64,000 bases of DNA from an uncultured Methylomirabilota bacterium (GTDB lineage Bacteria; Methylomirabilota; Methylomirabilia; Methylomirabilales; 2-02-FULL-66-22). The translations under genes were made by a program, and so were the position numbers. The notes under the pieces were generated by a model. It made no database searches, was not told where the DNA came from, and saw only the letters and a program-made list of their open reading frames with translations. The stretch is taken from contig OY970067.1 in assembly GCA_963705305.1 (NCBI GenBank), positions 4,704,001 to 4,768,000 on the forward strand, given 5' to 3'. Shown here piece by piece: positions 28,659 to 40,075 of the stretch; the stretch's first letter is position 1; every line of letters begins with the position of its first letter.

Positions 28659-29543
28659 TCAACCGCGGCTTCCGCCACCAGACGGAAGCGCATCGCTCAG
28701 GCGAGCGAACTCCTCCAGCCGCAACGTCTCTCCCCGCCGCGTCGCGGCAATCCCCACGCGCTCCAACGCTGCTTCGACCACGGCAGGCTCCCACCCCCCA
28801 TGCCGAAGGGCATTCCGGAGCGTCTTGCGGCGTTGCCCGAAGGCTGCCCGGATGACAGCAAACAGGTTCGACGGGTTCGCCGCGTGCACGGGCGGGGATT
28901 CCAGGAGATCGAAGCGGACCAGAGCCGAGTCGACCTCCGGAGCCGGATAGAACGCGCTCCGGGGAATCAAAAAGATCCTGTGGGTCGCCGCCCGATACTG
29001 GCACGCCAGGGTCAATGCCCCATAGGCCTTGCTGCCCGGCACAGCTTCCAGCCGGTCCGCCACCTCTTTCTGCACCGTCAGAAACAGTTGCCGGAACAGG
29101 GCGGGAAACTCCAGCAGGCGCAGAACCAGCGGAGTGGTGATGTAATACGGGATGTTGGCCACGACCCGGAGCGCCCCGCGCGCCGGATGGTCCCCCAACT
29201 CGGCATTGAAATCGAAGGTCAGGACATCGGCAATTCGAACCGTCAGCTCCGGGAAGCCGCCCAGCCGCTCCGAGAGAATCGCGGCCAGGTCTGGATCAAG
29301 CTCCAATGCGAGGACGCTGGCCCCTGCCGCCAGCAGGGCCTCGGTCAGCTCGCCGGTGCCCGGCCCGATCTCAATGACGGCAGTGCCCGGGATCACACCG
29401 GCGGCCTTCACGATCCGGTCCCGGATCTCCGGATCCGCCAGGAAGTGCTGCCCACGCCGCTTGCGGGGCCGCAGGCCATGGGCCTGCAGCAGTGTCCGGA
29501 TCCGGCCAGCACGTGGCGCCGAAGATCGAATCGGTAGAGTCAC
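28659..29543 (-). CDS. rsmA: 16S rRNA adenine dimethyltransferase
   Basis: GQHFL, EIGPGTG.LT, ANIPYYITTP, QKEVA, FYPAPEVDS, QRRKTLRN, RGETL. Confidence 0.95.
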   Translation of the reverse strand: MTLPIRSSAPRAGRIRTLLQAHGLRPRKRRGQHFLADPEIRDRIVKAAGVIPGTAVIEIGPGTGELTEALLAAGASVLALELDPDLAAILSERLGGFPELTVRIADVLTFDFNAELGDHPARGALRVVANIPYYITTPLVLRLLEFPALFRQLFLTVQKEVADRLEAVPGSKAYGALTLACQYRAATHRIFLIPRSAFYPAPEVDSALVRFDLLESPPVHAANPSNLFAVIRAAFGQRRKTLRNALRHGGWEPAVVEAALERVGIAATRRGETLRLEEFARLSDALPSGGGSRG

Positions 29544-30256
29544 TCCGCATCGACTCCGCGGTCCGTGGCCTGCCGCAGAAAAATCCGGGCCAGCCGGTGG
29601 GTGGGGTCGAGTCGCAGGGCCTGCTCCCAGGCTCGCACGGCGTCTGCCAACCGCCCCATCCGCTGGTACAGGACGCCGAGGTTGACGTGCGCTTCCACGT
29701 AGCTCGGGTTCAGTTCTAGCGCCTGCAGCAGGGAGGCCCGTGCGGCCTCCAGATCCCCGAGCTCCCGACAACTCAGGCCGCGGCGGTGATGGAGATCCGG
29801 AAAATTCGGACACAACTCCAGGGCCCGGTCATACTCCACGATCGCCTGCGCATACCAGCCCAGCTCGTGATACTTCCGGGCCAGGTCTGCATGCGCGTTG
29901 GCCAGCCGTCCCAGAACCCCCAGACTGAATCGGGTGGGGGCTTCCGGCTCTTCGGCCTGGATCTTTCCGACCTCCTCCGCCGCTTGGTCGTACGCCCCGA
30001 CCTCCGAGAGGGCAATGGCCAAGTTCACCTGAGCCTCGCGGTAGTTGGGGTTCAGGCTGAGGGCGCGCCGGAAAAAGGCCACGCCTTTCTCCCGCGCCCC
30101 CTGGTGGATGGCGATCACCCCCAGCATGTTGTACACGCTGGCATAGGTGGGGGCCTGGGTCACCACCCGGAGGAGGAGCTGCTCGGCCTCGGGATACTGG
30201 CCCGCCTGGAACGCCGCCGTCCCTTGCTGGAGAATCTGACGGATCTCGTTGGCCAT
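29540..30256 (-). CDS. tetratricopeptide repeat protein
   Basis: repeated ALxLNPxYxEAxxNL TPR units. Confidence 0.85.
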   Translation of the reverse strand: MANEIRQILQQGTAAFQAGQYPEAEQLLLRVVTQAPTYASVYNMLGVIAIHQGAREKGVAFFRRALSLNPNYREAQVNLAIALSEVGAYDQAAEEVGKIQAEEPEAPTRFSLGVLGRLANAHADLARKYHELGWYAQAIVEYDRALELCPNFPDLHHRRGLSCRELGDLEAARASLLQALELNPSYVEAHVNLGVLYQRMGRLADAVRAWEQALRLDPTHRLARIFLRQATDRGVDAE

Positions 30257-30350
30257 CGGTACAGCCCTTTGGGAAGCGATCGTCAGCGGGCTGCGCGCCC
30301 CGCCTCCCCGTCCAGACAACGACGGGCGCGGGGCGGCTGGCCCTCGGCCG

Positions 30351-31298
30351 TCACTGCTGGAAGAACGTGTAGTCGTGGACCGTGTCGACAACCTCTTTCC
30401 AGGTCAGCTGCAACCCTTGCCACATCCGGGCGAACATGCTGGGACCCGCCGGCTTGGGCGGTCCCGTGCGGACCAGCGCGATCCCCAGCCGTGCGGCGGC
30501 CGGAGCCGCCCACTCCGACTGGGAATAATCATCCACCAAACGCTGGAAGGCGACTCGGGCCTCGTCTTTCTGCTCGAGGCGCCACAGCGACTCGCCCAGG
30601 AAGTAGAGGGCCTCGTCGTCGAACCCGGCGTTCGGATACTGATCCAACACGCTGCGGAGCCGGCCGACGGCCGCCGCGTAGTTCCCCCGATCGAAATAGA
30701 ATCTGCCGATGTATACCTCTTTCTCCGCCAGCTTGAGGCGAGCGCCGGCGCTCCTCACCCGGCAGTCGGGAGCATACTGCGAATCCGGCATCTGTTTCAG
30801 CAGCAGCTCGCATTCATCCAGCGCCTTGCGGGTATAGGTTTGGTCGCGATCCACACCCTCGGCCTGCTGAAAGTACGTCATGGCCAAGTAGTAGTGGGCT
30901 TCGTCCGCCCGCTCGTGCTGGGGATGCAGCTCGAGGAAGCGCTGGTACTCGGCGCGTGCCTCGTCGTATTTCTTCTCCAGGTACAGCGCCTTGGCGGAGG
31001 CGAGCCGGGCGACTGCCACGAGATCGCTGTCCGGATATTGATTCATGAGCCGCTGGAGGTCTTTGCGGGCGTCCTCGTAGCGGCGGCGCTGCAGGCTGGT
31101 CTCGGCGGACTGGTACAGGTCCTTATCGTTCCCCTGCGCCTCTCGCCGGGGGGGGGGACCGCCGTACATGGCCCGGTAGATGCTGCAGCCCTGGAACAGG
31201 CTCAGGGCGCCCGCCAGGAGGAGCATCCAGCCGCCGATCATCCAGCGCCCTGGACGACGTGCGCCCCTCCCCACGTTCGCCGCACCGCTCATTCGCAT
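30351..31298 (-). CDS. bamD: outer membrane protein assembly factor BamD-like lipoprotein
   Basis: lipobox FQGC, TPRs, RFLELHP, DRDQTYT, LAEKEVYIGRFYF; start uncertain. Confidence 0.85.
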   Translation of the reverse strand: MRMSGAANVGRGARRPGRWMIGGWMLLLAGALSLFQGCSIYRAMYGGPPPRREAQGNDKDLYQSAETSLQRRRYEDARKDLQRLMNQYPDSDLVAVARLASAKALYLEKKYDEARAEYQRFLELHPQHERADEAHYYLAMTYFQQAEGVDRDQTYTRKALDECELLLKQMPDSQYAPDCRVRSAGARLKLAEKEVYIGRFYFDRGNYAAAVGRLRSVLDQYPNAGFDDEALYFLGESLWRLEQKDEARVAFQRLVDDYSQSEWAAPAAARLGIALVRTGPPKPAGPSMFARMWQGLQLTWKEVVDTVHDYTFFQQ

Positions 31299-31486
31299 CG
31301 CCCCCTCCCGAGCATTCGCCCCCCTCCTCCTCCCCGCATTCCCTCCCCGGCGCGCCGAAAGTCGGAATCGCGCTCGTTACCGGAAGTCGCCGGAGGGACC
31401 GGAGGATACGGGCTGGCCCTGCGCATCGAAGACGGGCCCCCGCGAAAACACTGAGGGCTGGGTGGCCGGCGGACGGATGCCGGCCG

Positions 31487-32734
31487 TCAGGCCGATTCCG
31501 CCTTCTTCTTGTAGAGGATGATGGGATGCTTCCGCTCGATCACCACGTCCCGGTTGATGATGCACTCGCTGATTCCGGATTGCGAGGGCAGGTCGTACAT
31601 GATATCGAGCATGATGTCTTCCAGGATGGCTCGCAGCCCCCGCGCGCCGGTCTCGCGCTTCGCCGCTTCCTCGGCCACAGCCACGATCGCATCGTCCGTG
31701 AAGGTCAACTTGACGTGCTCAAAATCGAAGAATTTCTGGTACTGACGCAGCAGCGCGTTCCGGGGCTCCTTGAGGACCCGGACCAGGAGCTTTTCGTCCA
31801 GCTCGTGCAGGGTGGCCACCACGGGCAGGCGGCCCACCAGCTCCGGGATCAGGCCGTAGCGCAGCAGGTCCTCGGGCTGAAGCACGCTCAGCACCTCGCT
31901 CTGCCTGCGCTCCTTTCGCCCCTGGATGTTGGCTCCAAACCCCACCCGTATCTCGCCGACTCGCCCCTCGATGATCTTATCGAGGCCCACAAACGCTCCA
32001 CCGCAGACGAACAGGATGTTGGTGGTATCGACCTGTAGGTATTCCTGTTGAGGATGCTTGCGCCCTCCCTGCGGCGGCACGTTGGCCACCGTCCCTTCCA
32101 GGATCTTGAGCAGGGCCTGCTGCACCCCCTCTCCGGAGACATCGCGCGTGATGGATGGGTTCTCGGACTTGCGCGCGATCTTGTCGATCTCGTCGATATA
32201 GATGATTCCCCGCTCCGCCCGCTCCACATCGTAATCGGCAACCTGGAGCAGCCGTAAGATGATGTTTTCCACATCCTCGCCGACATAGCCGGCCTCGGTC
32301 AGGGTGGTGGCGTCGGCAATGGTGAAAGGAACGTCGAGGATCTTGGCCAAAGTCTGGGCCAGGAGGGTTTTCCCGGAGCCGGTGGGACCGATCAGGAGGA
32401 TGTTCGACTTGCTGAGCTCGACGTCATCGAAGACTTGCCGCGCGTTGATCCGCTTGTAATGATTGTGGACCGCCACCGCCAGCGTCTTCTTCGCGCGGTC
32501 CTGGCCGATCACATATTGGTCGAGCACGGCTTTGATCTCCGCCGGCTTGGGAAGCTGGCCCACTCCCTTGGATTTCTCCTGCTCCCACTCCTCGGCGATG
32601 ATGTCGTTGCAGAGCTCGATGCACTCGTCGCAGATGTAGACCGTGGGGCCCGCGATCAGCTTGCGGACATCGTCCTGGCTCTTGCCGCAGAACGAACACT
32701 GGAGCTTCCCTCCACCCTTCACCGCCTTGGCCAT
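31487..32734 (-). CDS. clpX: Clp protease ATP-binding subunit
   Basis: CSFCGK zinc finger, [19 protein letters not shown] loop, GARGLR. Confidence 0.98.
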   Translation of the reverse strand: MAKAVKGGGKLQCSFCGKSQDDVRKLIAGPTVYICDECIELCNDIIAEEWEQEKSKGVGQLPKPAEIKAVLDQYVIGQDRAKKTLAVAVHNHYKRINARQVFDDVELSKSNILLIGPTGSGKTLLAQTLAKILDVPFTIADATTLTEAGYVGEDVENIILRLLQVADYDVERAERGIIYIDEIDKIARKSENPSITRDVSGEGVQQALLKILEGTVANVPPQGGRKHPQQEYLQVDTTNILFVCGGAFVGLDKIIEGRVGEIRVGFGANIQGRKERRQSEVLSVLQPEDLLRYGLIPELVGRLPVVATLHELDEKLLVRVLKEPRNALLRQYQKFFDFEHVKLTFTDDAIVAVAEEAAKRETGARGLRAILEDIMLDIMYDLPSQSGISECIINRDVVIERKHPIILYKKKAESA

Positions 32735-32801
32735 CCGCGCCTCCCGCTCTCCGGAAGAACGAACCGGAATCGAACCTGGGTCCCCCGCCCGACATGCCGT
32801 C

Positions 32802-33437
32802 CTAGGACGTGGCGGCGACCGGGATCACGGGGCTCCCCGCCACCCGCTTGGCGACATCTCGATAGAAGATCACCTCGTCCACCAGCCCGTACTCCTTCGC
32901 CTCCTCCGGAGACATGAAGAAGTCGCGGTCGCTGTCCTTCTCTATCCGATCGAGGGACTGGCCGGTGTGATGGGCCAGGATCCGATTCAGCTCCTCCCGC
33001 ATGCGCAGGATCTCCTTGGCCTGAATCTGGATATCCACTGCCTGCCCCTGCGTCCCGCCGGACGGCTGATGGATCATAATCCGGGAGTGCGGGAGGGCCA
33101 TGCGCTTCCCCTTGGTCCCCGCAGCCAGGAGGAGCGCCGCGCCGCTGGCCGCCTGTCCCATGCAGATCGTCTCGATGGCCGGCTTGACGAATTGCATGGT
33201 GTCGTAGATCGCCAGGCTGGAGGTCACCGAGCCGCCGGGCGAATTGACGTACACGTGAATGTCCTTATCCGGGTCCTCCGCCTCCAAGAACAGCAGTTGA
33301 GCGATGACCAGGTTGGCCACCTCGTCGTCGATGGGGGACCCGATGAAGATGATGCGATCCTTCAGCAAGCGGGAATAGATGTCGTAAGCCCGCTCGCCTC
33401 GGCTTGTCTGCTCCACCACCATGGGAACGAGGTACAT
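32802..33437 (-). CDS. clpP: Clp protease proteolytic subunit
   Basis: [29 protein letters not shown]. Confidence 0.98.
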   Translation of the reverse strand: MYLVPMVVEQTSRGERAYDIYSRLLKDRIIFIGSPIDDEVANLVIAQLLFLEAEDPDKDIHVYVNSPGGSVTSSLAIYDTMQFVKPAIETICMGQAASGAALLLAAGTKGKRMALPHSRIMIHQPSGGTQGQAVDIQIQAKEILRMREELNRILAHHTGQSLDRIEKDSDRDFFMSPEEAKEYGLVDEVIFYRDVAKRVAGSPVIPVAATS

Positions 33438-33498
33438 GCTCTGTCTCCACCCCATCCCGCCCCCTCGGGCCGGGGCCCGTGCAGCCCCCGGCCTCCGG

Positions 33499-34803
33499 TC
33501 ATGCGGGCGTGATCAGCCGGTAACTCTCCGTCACTGTCGCCTGCTGATACAGCAGGTCCAGGGCTTTTCGCTCCAGCAGCCGGACGGTCATGGCCTCCCG
33601 GCGATTCGGGTCTTCCAAGATGCTCCGTCGCATCGCCGCCACATCCTGGCGGTAGGCCGACGCCACTCGAGCGACTTCGGCGTCCAGCTCTTCGTCCGTC
33701 ACGGTCAGGCCCTCCTGCCGGGCCACGGCCTCCAGCAGCAGGGACTCCTTGACCCGCCGCCGGGCCGCGTCTTGGGCCTGGGCTCGCACGGCCTCCGGGC
33801 TCTCCGGCAATCCCTCCACGCGCCCGCCAGCGGCGCGGATCGTCATCAGCATCTCTTCCAGGATAGCCGCCGCCTCACGCTCGACCATGGCCTCCGGCAG
33901 TTCTACCTCGTGCCCGGCGCTCAACTTGTCGAGGAGCGCGCGCTTCAGCTCGGCCTCCTGCGCCCGTGTCTTCCGATCCAGCAGCTGCTGCCGGAGCTTG
34001 CTCCGCAAGGCATCCACCGTTTCCACGTCGCCGGCCGACTTGGCAAATTCCGCGTCCACCTCCGGCAGGCGGCGCTTTTTGACCTCTTTGACAGTCACCC
34101 GGAATTCCACCGTGCGCCCGGCCAGCTCTTTGCGGGGGTATTCGGCCGGGATCGCGAGGGAGAACTGCTTCCGATCCCCCTTCTGCATGCCCGCGATCTG
34201 CTCTTCCAGGCCGGGCAGGTATTCGCCCCGGCCCAGCACCAGGATCACGTTCGTCCCGCTGCTTCCCTTGAACGGCCTGCCGTTGACGGTCCCTTCGTGG
34301 TCGAGGATGACGAGGTCGTCCCGCATGGCGGGCCAGCCCTCCATGGGGATGAATTCGGCCGCCTCTTCACGCAGAAACTCCAGCGCGCGGTCCACCTCCT
34401 GGTCTGCCACCTCGACTTTGTCCCGCTCCACTGCCAGGCCGCGGTAGTCCGTGACGGTCACCGCCGGCTTGACCTCGACCACCGCCTTGTAGGTGAGAGG
34501 CTCTCCCTCGTGAAAATGAACGTCCTCGAGGGTCGGCTGGCCGACCGGCTGGAGCGCCGTCTGCGCCACCGCTTCGCGAAAGGAGTCCGGGATGAGCTCC
34601 CGCAGGACCTCGTCCTGGACTTCCGATTGGAAGCGCCGCCGGATGATCTCGTGCGGGACCTTTCCCCGGCGGAAGCCGGGAAGCTGAAGCTTTCGTCCCC
34701 ATTCGCGAAAGGTAGCTTCGATCTGAGCAGCAACGCGATCGGAGGGAAGCTCCACGTGGAGTGCGCGCTTCGAAGGGCTTAACTCTTCAACGGTGACTTT
34801 CAT
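33499..34803 (-). CDS. tig: trigger factor
   Basis: PGFRRGKVP ribosome-binding motif, FKBP domain; tig-clpP-clpX order. Confidence 0.95.
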   Translation of the reverse strand: MKVTVEELSPSKRALHVELPSDRVAAQIEATFREWGRKLQLPGFRRGKVPHEIIRRRFQSEVQDEVLRELIPDSFREAVAQTALQPVGQPTLEDVHFHEGEPLTYKAVVEVKPAVTVTDYRGLAVERDKVEVADQEVDRALEFLREEAAEFIPMEGWPAMRDDLVILDHEGTVNGRPFKGSSGTNVILVLGRGEYLPGLEEQIAGMQKGDRKQFSLAIPAEYPRKELAGRTVEFRVTVKEVKKRRLPEVDAEFAKSAGDVETVDALRSKLRQQLLDRKTRAQEAELKRALLDKLSAGHEVELPEAMVEREAAAILEEMLMTIRAAGGRVEGLPESPEAVRAQAQDAARRRVKESLLLEAVARQEGLTVTDEELDAEVARVASAYRQDVAAMRRSILEDPNRREAMTVRLLERKALDLLYQQATVTESYRLITPA

Positions 34804-34842
34804 GAGTTCTCGCGTAGTCTGGGGGACGCTGGTTGCCGGGCG

Positions 34843-34926
34843 TGGTGCGAGAGGGGGGAGTTGAACCCCCACGGGTCGCCCCATCCCGCCCTAAACGGGA
34901 CGCGTCTGCCATTCCGCCACTCTCGC
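34843..34926 (-). tRNA. tRNA-Leu(TAG)
   Basis: GCGAGAG/CTCTCGC acceptor, TCCCG-TT TAG GG-CGGGA, long variable arm, CCA. Confidence 0.9.
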
Positions 34927-35025
34927 GGCAGGCACAGGACCCCCGCGACCTCGCCCGGCCGCAGGGTGCATCGGACGCCCGACGTGCGTTCAGTCATCTC
35001 CTCCGACGGTTCGGCATCCCTGGTG

Positions 35026-35101
<76 letters not shown>

Positions 35102-35119
35102 ATCCGTGCACTCAATCTG

Positions 35120-35195
35120 GGAATGCGGATTTCCGATTGGGGAATGAATCTTCACGCTCTCCCGGTTCCGCACTCCGCGCGCTGCATTCCGCAAT
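35120..35195. repeat. convergent heptamer arrays (TTCCGCA family) in tRNA spacer
   Basis: GGAATGCGGATTTCCGATT... then TTCCGCA CTCCGCG CGCTGCA TTCCGCA. Confidence 0.6.
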
Positions 35196-35200
35196 AGATC

Positions 35201-35276
<76 letters not shown>

Positions 35277-35388
35277 CCCATCTGCACCGACCAGTTTTTC
35301 GATGACCACATCCCAATGCACACTGGCCGGAGAGTTGCCTTGCCCACGTGATCATTGGAAACTGGTCATTGGTCATTCACCCCGTCGC

Positions 35389-35465
35389 TGGCGCGCCCGG
35401 AGAGAATTGAACTCCCGACCTGCTGGTTCGAAGCCAGCCGCTCTATCCAACTGAGCTACGGGCGC
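35389..35465 (-). tRNA. tRNA-Arg(TCG)
   Basis: GCTGG-CT TCG AA-CCAGC, CCA. Confidence 0.93.
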
Positions 35466-35492
35466 CTTGCCTCCTCCCCGGCCCGGGGCCGC

Positions 35493-35570
35493 TGGGGTGA
35501 ACGGAGGGACTCGAACCCTCAACCCCTGGAGCCACAGTCCAGTGCTCTGACCAATTGAGCTACGCTCACC
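35493..35570 (-). tRNA. tRNA-His(GTG)
   Basis: CTGGA-CT GTG GC-TCCAG, G-1:C73, CCA. Confidence 0.95.
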
Positions 35571-35589
35571 ATGCCCCGCTGCGGGTCAT

Positions 35590-35652
35590 GGAATGCGGAT
35601 TTCGGCATAAGGCGCCCTGCGCGCCCCTCTGCATTCCGCACTCCGCAATCCG
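35590..35652. repeat. convergent heptamer arrays (TTCCGCA family) in tRNA spacer
   Basis: GGAATGCGGATTTCGG... CTCTGCA TTCCGCA CTCCGCA ATCCG; shares GGAATGCGGATTTC with 35120. Confidence 0.6.
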
Positions 35653-35662
35653 AGACTGTCGC

Positions 35663-35740
35663 TGGCGCGCCTGGGGTGATTTGAACACCCGACACACGGC
35701 TCCGGAGGCCGTTGCTCTATCCGGGCTGAGCTACAGGCGC
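35663..35740 (-). tRNA. tRNA-Arg(CCG)
   Basis: ACGGC-CT CCG GA-GCCGT, CCA. Confidence 0.95.
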
Positions 35741-35748
35741 AAATTCAT

Positions 35749-35833
35749 AATGACCGATTCCCAATGACAGAATGACCGGTGGGGACTCTTCAGCTCCTGA
35801 TTGGTCATCGCTCTTTGTGTCATTGGCCATTCG
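35749..35833. repeat. convergent heptamer arrays (AATGACC/TCATTGG family)
   Basis: AATGACC..AATGACA GAATGACC then TTGGTCATC..TCATTGG CCATTCG; related array at 35352-35378. Confidence 0.5.
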
Positions 35834-35878
35834 ATTCTCTCGTCCGGTTGGGGCGATCCTGCAACACCCTCTGCCCTA

Positions 35879-35955
<77 letters not shown>

Positions 35956-35988
35956 AAGTGTTTCCGGTGATTTCTCGCCCCGACCAGA

Positions 35989-36612
35989 TCAGCGGCCACC
36001 CGTAACGATCAGTCGCTGCAAGACCCCCCGCATCTTGGTCACGGCCTGACCCCGGTGGCTAACCTGGTTCTTCACCACGGGCGCCATCTCGGCCAGCGTT
36101 TGTCTCAGCCTCGGGATCTCAAAAAGTGGATCGTAACCGAATCCGCCTTCCCCTCGAGGCGACAGAGCGATCCGGCCTTCGCAAACGCCCTCCGTCGCAT
36201 GCACCACCCCCCCGGGGTTGGCCAGGGCAAGGGCGCACCGGAAGCGGGCCGTTCGTTTCTCCAGGGGAATGCCCCGCAATTTGTCCAAGAGCAGATGGTT
36301 CCGGTCGTCGTCACTGGCCCGAGGGCCGGCAAAGCGGGCCGAACGCACACCGGGGAGCCCGTCCAGGGCGTCCACTTCCAGTCCGGAATCGTCCGCCAGT
36401 GCCCATTCTCCGCTCGCACTGGCAACCGCCCGAGCCTTGGTCCGCGCGTTCTCCTGAAACGACTCGCCGCCCTCCGGCGGCACCGCGATGGGCCCAACCC
36501 GGTCGAGCGGCAGGAAGAGAACGTCCAACCCGCAGAGCAACGCGACGATCTCGTTGAATTTCCCGCGATTCCCGGTGGCGATGACCAGCGTGATTCTATG
36601 GAGGGCTGCCAC
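35989..36612 (-). CDS. rdgB: non-canonical purine NTP pyrophosphatase
   Basis: [29 protein letters not shown]; follows rph. Confidence 0.93.
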   Translation of the reverse strand: MAALHRITLVIATGNRGKFNEIVALLCGLDVLFLPLDRVGPIAVPPEGGESFQENARTKARAVASASGEWALADDSGLEVDALDGLPGVRSARFAGPRASDDDRNHLLLDKLRGIPLEKRTARFRCALALANPGGVVHATEGVCEGRIALSPRGEGGFGYDPLFEIPRLRQTLAEMAPVVKNQVSHRGQAVTKMRGVLQRLIVTGGR

Positions 36613-36625
36613 GTTTGTCAAGCCA

Positions 36626-37360
36626 CTAATTGGCGCCGCGAACCCGCTCAGCGAGCAGCTTTCGTTGAATCGCAATGAGATCGCGGATCCCGGTCGCGGC
36701 CAATTGCAGCATACTGTCCAGCTGTCCCCGGTCGAACGGTCGCTCCTCGGCCGTCCCCTGAATCTCGATGAAGCTCCCTCCGCCCGTCATCACCACGTTC
36801 ATATCCACATCCGCCATGACGTCCTCGGCATAGCACAGATCGAGCACGGCCTGCCCGGCGACCAGACCCACGCTGGTTGCGGCGACGAAGTCCTTCAGGG
36901 GCAGGCTGGCGATCAGGCCGTTCTCCCGCAGTCGGTGAAGCGCATCCGCCAGTGCCACGTAGGCGCCGGTGATGGCCGCGGTGCGCGTTCCCCCATCGGC
37001 CTGAATGACGTCGCAGTCGATCCAGATGGTCCGCGGTCCCAGCACGGGCAGATCGGTGACTCCCCGCAGGCAGCGCCCAACCAGTCGCTGGATCTCAAAC
37101 GTCCGGCCGCTCGGACGCCCCCCTGATGTCTCACGCGGCGATCTGGTCTTGGTGGAGCGCGGCAGCATGCCGTATTCCGCCGTCACCCATCCCTGACCTG
37201 TTTCCCGAAGGAAGGGCGGCACTTTGTCTTCGATGCTGGCAGAGCAGATGACCTTCGTCTCCCCGACCGTCACCAAGACGGACCCGTCCGCATACCGGAG
37301 GAAATCCCGGCTGATCGTCACAGGGCGCATCTCCTCCGATCGTCGACCGTCCGGTCGCAT
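36626..37360 (-). CDS. rph: ribonuclease PH
   Basis: [43 protein letters not shown]. Confidence 0.97.
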   Translation of the reverse strand: MRPDGRRSEEMRPVTISRDFLRYADGSVLVTVGETKVICSASIEDKVPPFLRETGQGWVTAEYGMLPRSTKTRSPRETSGGRPSGRTFEIQRLVGRCLRGVTDLPVLGPRTIWIDCDVIQADGGTRTAAITGAYVALADALHRLRENGLIASLPLKDFVAATSVGLVAGQAVLDLCYAEDVMADVDMNVVMTGGGSFIEIQGTAEERPFDRGQLDSMLQLAATGIRDLIAIQRKLLAERVRGAN

Positions 37361-37372
37361 ACGTCACCCCAC

Positions 37373-37999
37373 TCACTGACTCGGCTGAGGCGCCCCCCCT
37401 GCACTTGCCTCGCCCGGGAAGTCCGGGCTGAGGGGCCGGCGCAGGTCCAAGGAGCCGACCGTCATGGCCAATTCCTGCCCGTCCGACATGAACTGAACCC
37501 GCTTGATCTCGCTGAAGCTGCTCGTGAATGTTCCAACGATCGCCAGGATCGCCAAATCCACCTGCGGGCCGGTCTCGTTCGTCACGAAATCTTGAAACGG
37601 TCGATTGAAGTCCAGGTAGAGGATGCCAAATGCGTCCACATACACCTGCTGAAGCTTGACACCCGGGGGAAGGGGCGGATGAACCCCCGGCTCACCACCC
37701 GTGGCCAGCGCCTGTAGGAGCGCCCGCGCGTCCTCCGCCAGCCCGGTTCCGCGCGGGATGTCCCGCTCCTGCTCCCGGAGGGCGGCGCGGCCCGTCTCCG
37801 GGAAGAACAACCGCACGCGCCGCTGTGCCTTAACCGCCGGCGGCGGCGCCGACTCCGGAGCCTGCACCTGAAGGCCGGGGAGCGCGGGAAGATGAGGCCA
37901 CACCTCCCAGCCGATCCCGGCCGCAACCCCTGCGCCGCCCAGCAGCAGGAGGAGCCAGGGCCAGAAGGCAGGCGGGCGCCGCTTCGACCCGGCCACCAC
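37373..37999 (-). CDS. GerMN domain membrane protein
   Basis: TM anchor, VRLFF, PLPPGVKL..VYV, YLDF, IVGT, IKRVQF; GTG start just after amidase stop. Confidence 0.75.
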   Translation of the reverse strand: MVAGSKRRPPAFWPWLLLLLGGAGVAAGIGWEVWPHLPALPGLQVQAPESAPPPAVKAQRRVRLFFPETGRAALREQERDIPRGTGLAEDARALLQALATGGEPGVHPPLPPGVKLQQVYVDAFGILYLDFNRPFQDFVTNETGPQVDLAILAIVGTFTSSFSEIKRVQFMSDGQELAMTVGSLDLRRPLSPDFPGEASAGGAPQPSQ

Positions 38000-38000
38000 C

Positions 38001-39431
38001 TCAGGACCCCACGGCGGCGGGAGCGCGGCCCCGTCCAACCCGCCGCTCGTACCGAACCTTGTATTTGGCGATCGCATCAAAGAGCGCCTCGGCGATCTGC
38101 TGCCGGTACGACTGCCTTTGAAGCTTTCGCTCCTCCTTGGGGTTGCTGATGAATGCGCTCTCCACCAGGACGGCCGGCATCGCCGCCGTGGCCAGGACGC
38201 GGAACGGTCCGGACTTTACGCCGCGGTTCTCCCCTTTGAGGAGCTTGTCCAGGGAGCCCAGCAAGAGCTCCGCTAGCCGCTCCGACTCCTTCATGTCCCG
38301 GCTGACCGCCATGTCTGCGAGGGTAGTCTTCAAGAGGGATTCCTGATCTGCTCCGGTCGCCCCGTCGGTCTGGATGACCAGGTTCTCACGCTGCGCGGAG
38401 GCGCGCGCGTCGTTGTCCGATGGCTCGCGGGTAAAATAGTATGTCTCGAACCCGTCCGTCCCGCGCTGCCCGCCCGCATTCATGTGGAGACTGATGAAGA
38501 AATCGGCCTTGGCGCGATTCGCAAAGGCGGTTCGCTCCTCCAGGGGCACGAAGACATCCGTCGTGCGCGTCATGAGAACGCGGACCCCCAGGCGGTCTTG
38601 GAGCAGCTTGCGGAGGCGGAGCGCCAGGTCCAGGACCACCTCCTTCTCCATGAGGCCCGTGGGTCCGATGGCCCCGGTGTCGTGACCCCCGTGTCCGGGA
38701 TCCAGGACGATGGTCAGCGGAGCGGCTTCCTCGGCGGGCCCCTCTTCCGGCGTGGCGGGAGACGCCTGGTTCGCGGCCGCCGCAGTTCCGGACGCTCGAG
38801 GCGTCCGTTCTTGGGGCGCCGCAGAGACCCGGGGAGCACCCGCAGCCGGTGCGGTTGCCCGAGGAGGCGCCTCGGGCGGCGCAGGGGCCGTCACGGGGGC
38901 GGGCGGCCTTGCGTGAGCCGTCTCAGGAGGACCGGCGTGGACATCCACGACGATCCGGTCCGGGCCCGCCAGGCTGAAGCTCTTCACGGATGTGCTGCGG
39001 GAATCGCAGAGCAGCGTGATCTCTGCGCCACCGGGACGTTGGGTCGTTCGGATCGACCTCACGATCCCGTCTTTCAGCCCGATTGAATGGATCGTCGAGG
39101 CCAGCAGACCCCCCGGAACAAGAATCTGCACACTGTCAGCCGTCCGGCGCTGCACCGACCATTCCCACGGCCTCGACATCTCGAGCACGATCCGGGTATA
39201 GGTCGGATATCTTCCGACGCGCAGCTTCGTAAGCGTAACCCCGTCCGCCCTCCCGGCCCTCACAGTCTGCCGGGCCGCGGCACTTGCCGCGCTTCTGTCC
39301 AATCCGGGGCGCGCCCCTGGGGCCGCCCAGCCCAGTTGAGCGGCAGCACATGCCAGGACTGCGGCTGAAACGAGGATCGGCGTCCAGCCATGACAGAAGC
39401 GCCAACGTTCTCCGCCCGTGTGGCAAATCAT
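38001..39431 (-). CDS. N-acetylmuramoyl-L-alanine amidase (AMIN + Amidase_3); start uncertain
   Basis: YTRIVLE, PDRIVVD, LDPGHGGHD, EKEVVL, SLHMN, AVLVESAFISN. Confidence 0.92.
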   Translation of the reverse strand: MICHTGGERWRFCHGWTPILVSAAVLACAAAQLGWAAPGARPGLDRSAASAAARQTVRAGRADGVTLTKLRVGRYPTYTRIVLEMSRPWEWSVQRRTADSVQILVPGGLLASTIHSIGLKDGIVRSIRTTQRPGGAEITLLCDSRSTSVKSFSLAGPDRIVVDVHAGPPETAHARPPAPVTAPAPPEAPPRATAPAAGAPRVSAAPQERTPRASGTAAAANQASPATPEEGPAEEAAPLTIVLDPGHGGHDTGAIGPTGLMEKEVVLDLALRLRKLLQDRLGVRVLMTRTTDVFVPLEERTAFANRAKADFFISLHMNAGGQRGTDGFETYYFTREPSDNDARASAQRENLVIQTDGATGADQESLLKTTLADMAVSRDMKESERLAELLLGSLDKLLKGENRGVKSGPFRVLATAAMPAVLVESAFISNPKEERKLQRQSYRQQIAEALFDAIAKYKVRYERRVGRGRAPAAVGS

Positions 39432-39553
39432 TTAATATTTCCGAGAGGTTCAGATGCTATCTGTAACACACTCCTTGCATCCTGTCAAACAACTCCTGAT
39501 AAATTCGCCATAAAGAACAGAAATGGGGACGATCAGCTGGCCAACCAATCAAA

Positions 39554-39591
39554 GCAAAAGGCCCCACGCCATTCGGCGTGGGGCCTTTTGC
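39554..39591. terminator. bidirectional intrinsic terminator closing the rRNA operon
   Basis: GCAAAAGGCCCCACGCC-ATTC-GGCGTGGGGCCTTTTGC directly after 5S. Confidence 0.9.
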
Positions 39592-39598
39592 CTAATTA

Positions 39599-39716
39599 TC
39601 CCGGCGGCGACCTACTTTCCCACCCGGTTGCCCGAGCAGTATCATCGGCGCTGGAGGGCTTAACTGCCGTGTTCGGGATGGGAACGGGTGTGTCCCCTCC
39701 GCCATGGCCACCGGAA
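39599..39716 (-). rRNA. rrf: 5S rRNA
   Basis: ACACCCGTTCCCATCCCGAACACGGCAGTTAAG and GAAAGTAGGTCGCCGCCGG on minus strand; ends approximate. Confidence 0.95.
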
Positions 39717-39745
39717 ATCGATACGTTTTCCTATGCGGCTGCGCT

Positions 39746-40075
39746 CTAGCGGCCGTCGTGGCCGACCGTCACCAGCTCCCGGATTCGAGCAAACTGCTTT
39801 TTGCCGAGAATCCGGCGCACTACCACGTCATCCAGATTTCGGTACGGACGGTTCCGCACCAGCCACTCCGCCGCTTGCGGCGAGATCCCCGGCAGACGAC
39901 TGAGCTCCTCTACCGTGGCGCGGTTCAGGTCGATCTTCCCTGCCGTCGGAACGCTTGAGGGTGCCGTCGCCGGCGCCGAGGTCTCCCTCCCCCCAAGCTG
40001 GGCGGTGGCATGCCACGCCAGGCCCGCCATCAATATCAGTGCGACAATGGCGACCACTACCAGAGCGCGCTGCAT
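39746..40075 (-). CDS. ComEA-like helix-hairpin-helix protein with N-terminal TM/signal, in the 23S-5S spacer
   Basis: 109 aa: hydrophobic N-terminus, Ala/Pro/Ser linker, KIDLNRATVEELSRLPGIS..A..LV.NRPY.NLDDV HhH pattern. Confidence 0.85.
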   Translation of the reverse strand: MQRALVVVAIVALILMAGLAWHATAQLGGRETSAPATAPSSVPTAGKIDLNRATVEELSRLPGISPQAAEWLVRNRPYRNLDDVVVRRILGKKQFARIRELVTVGHDGR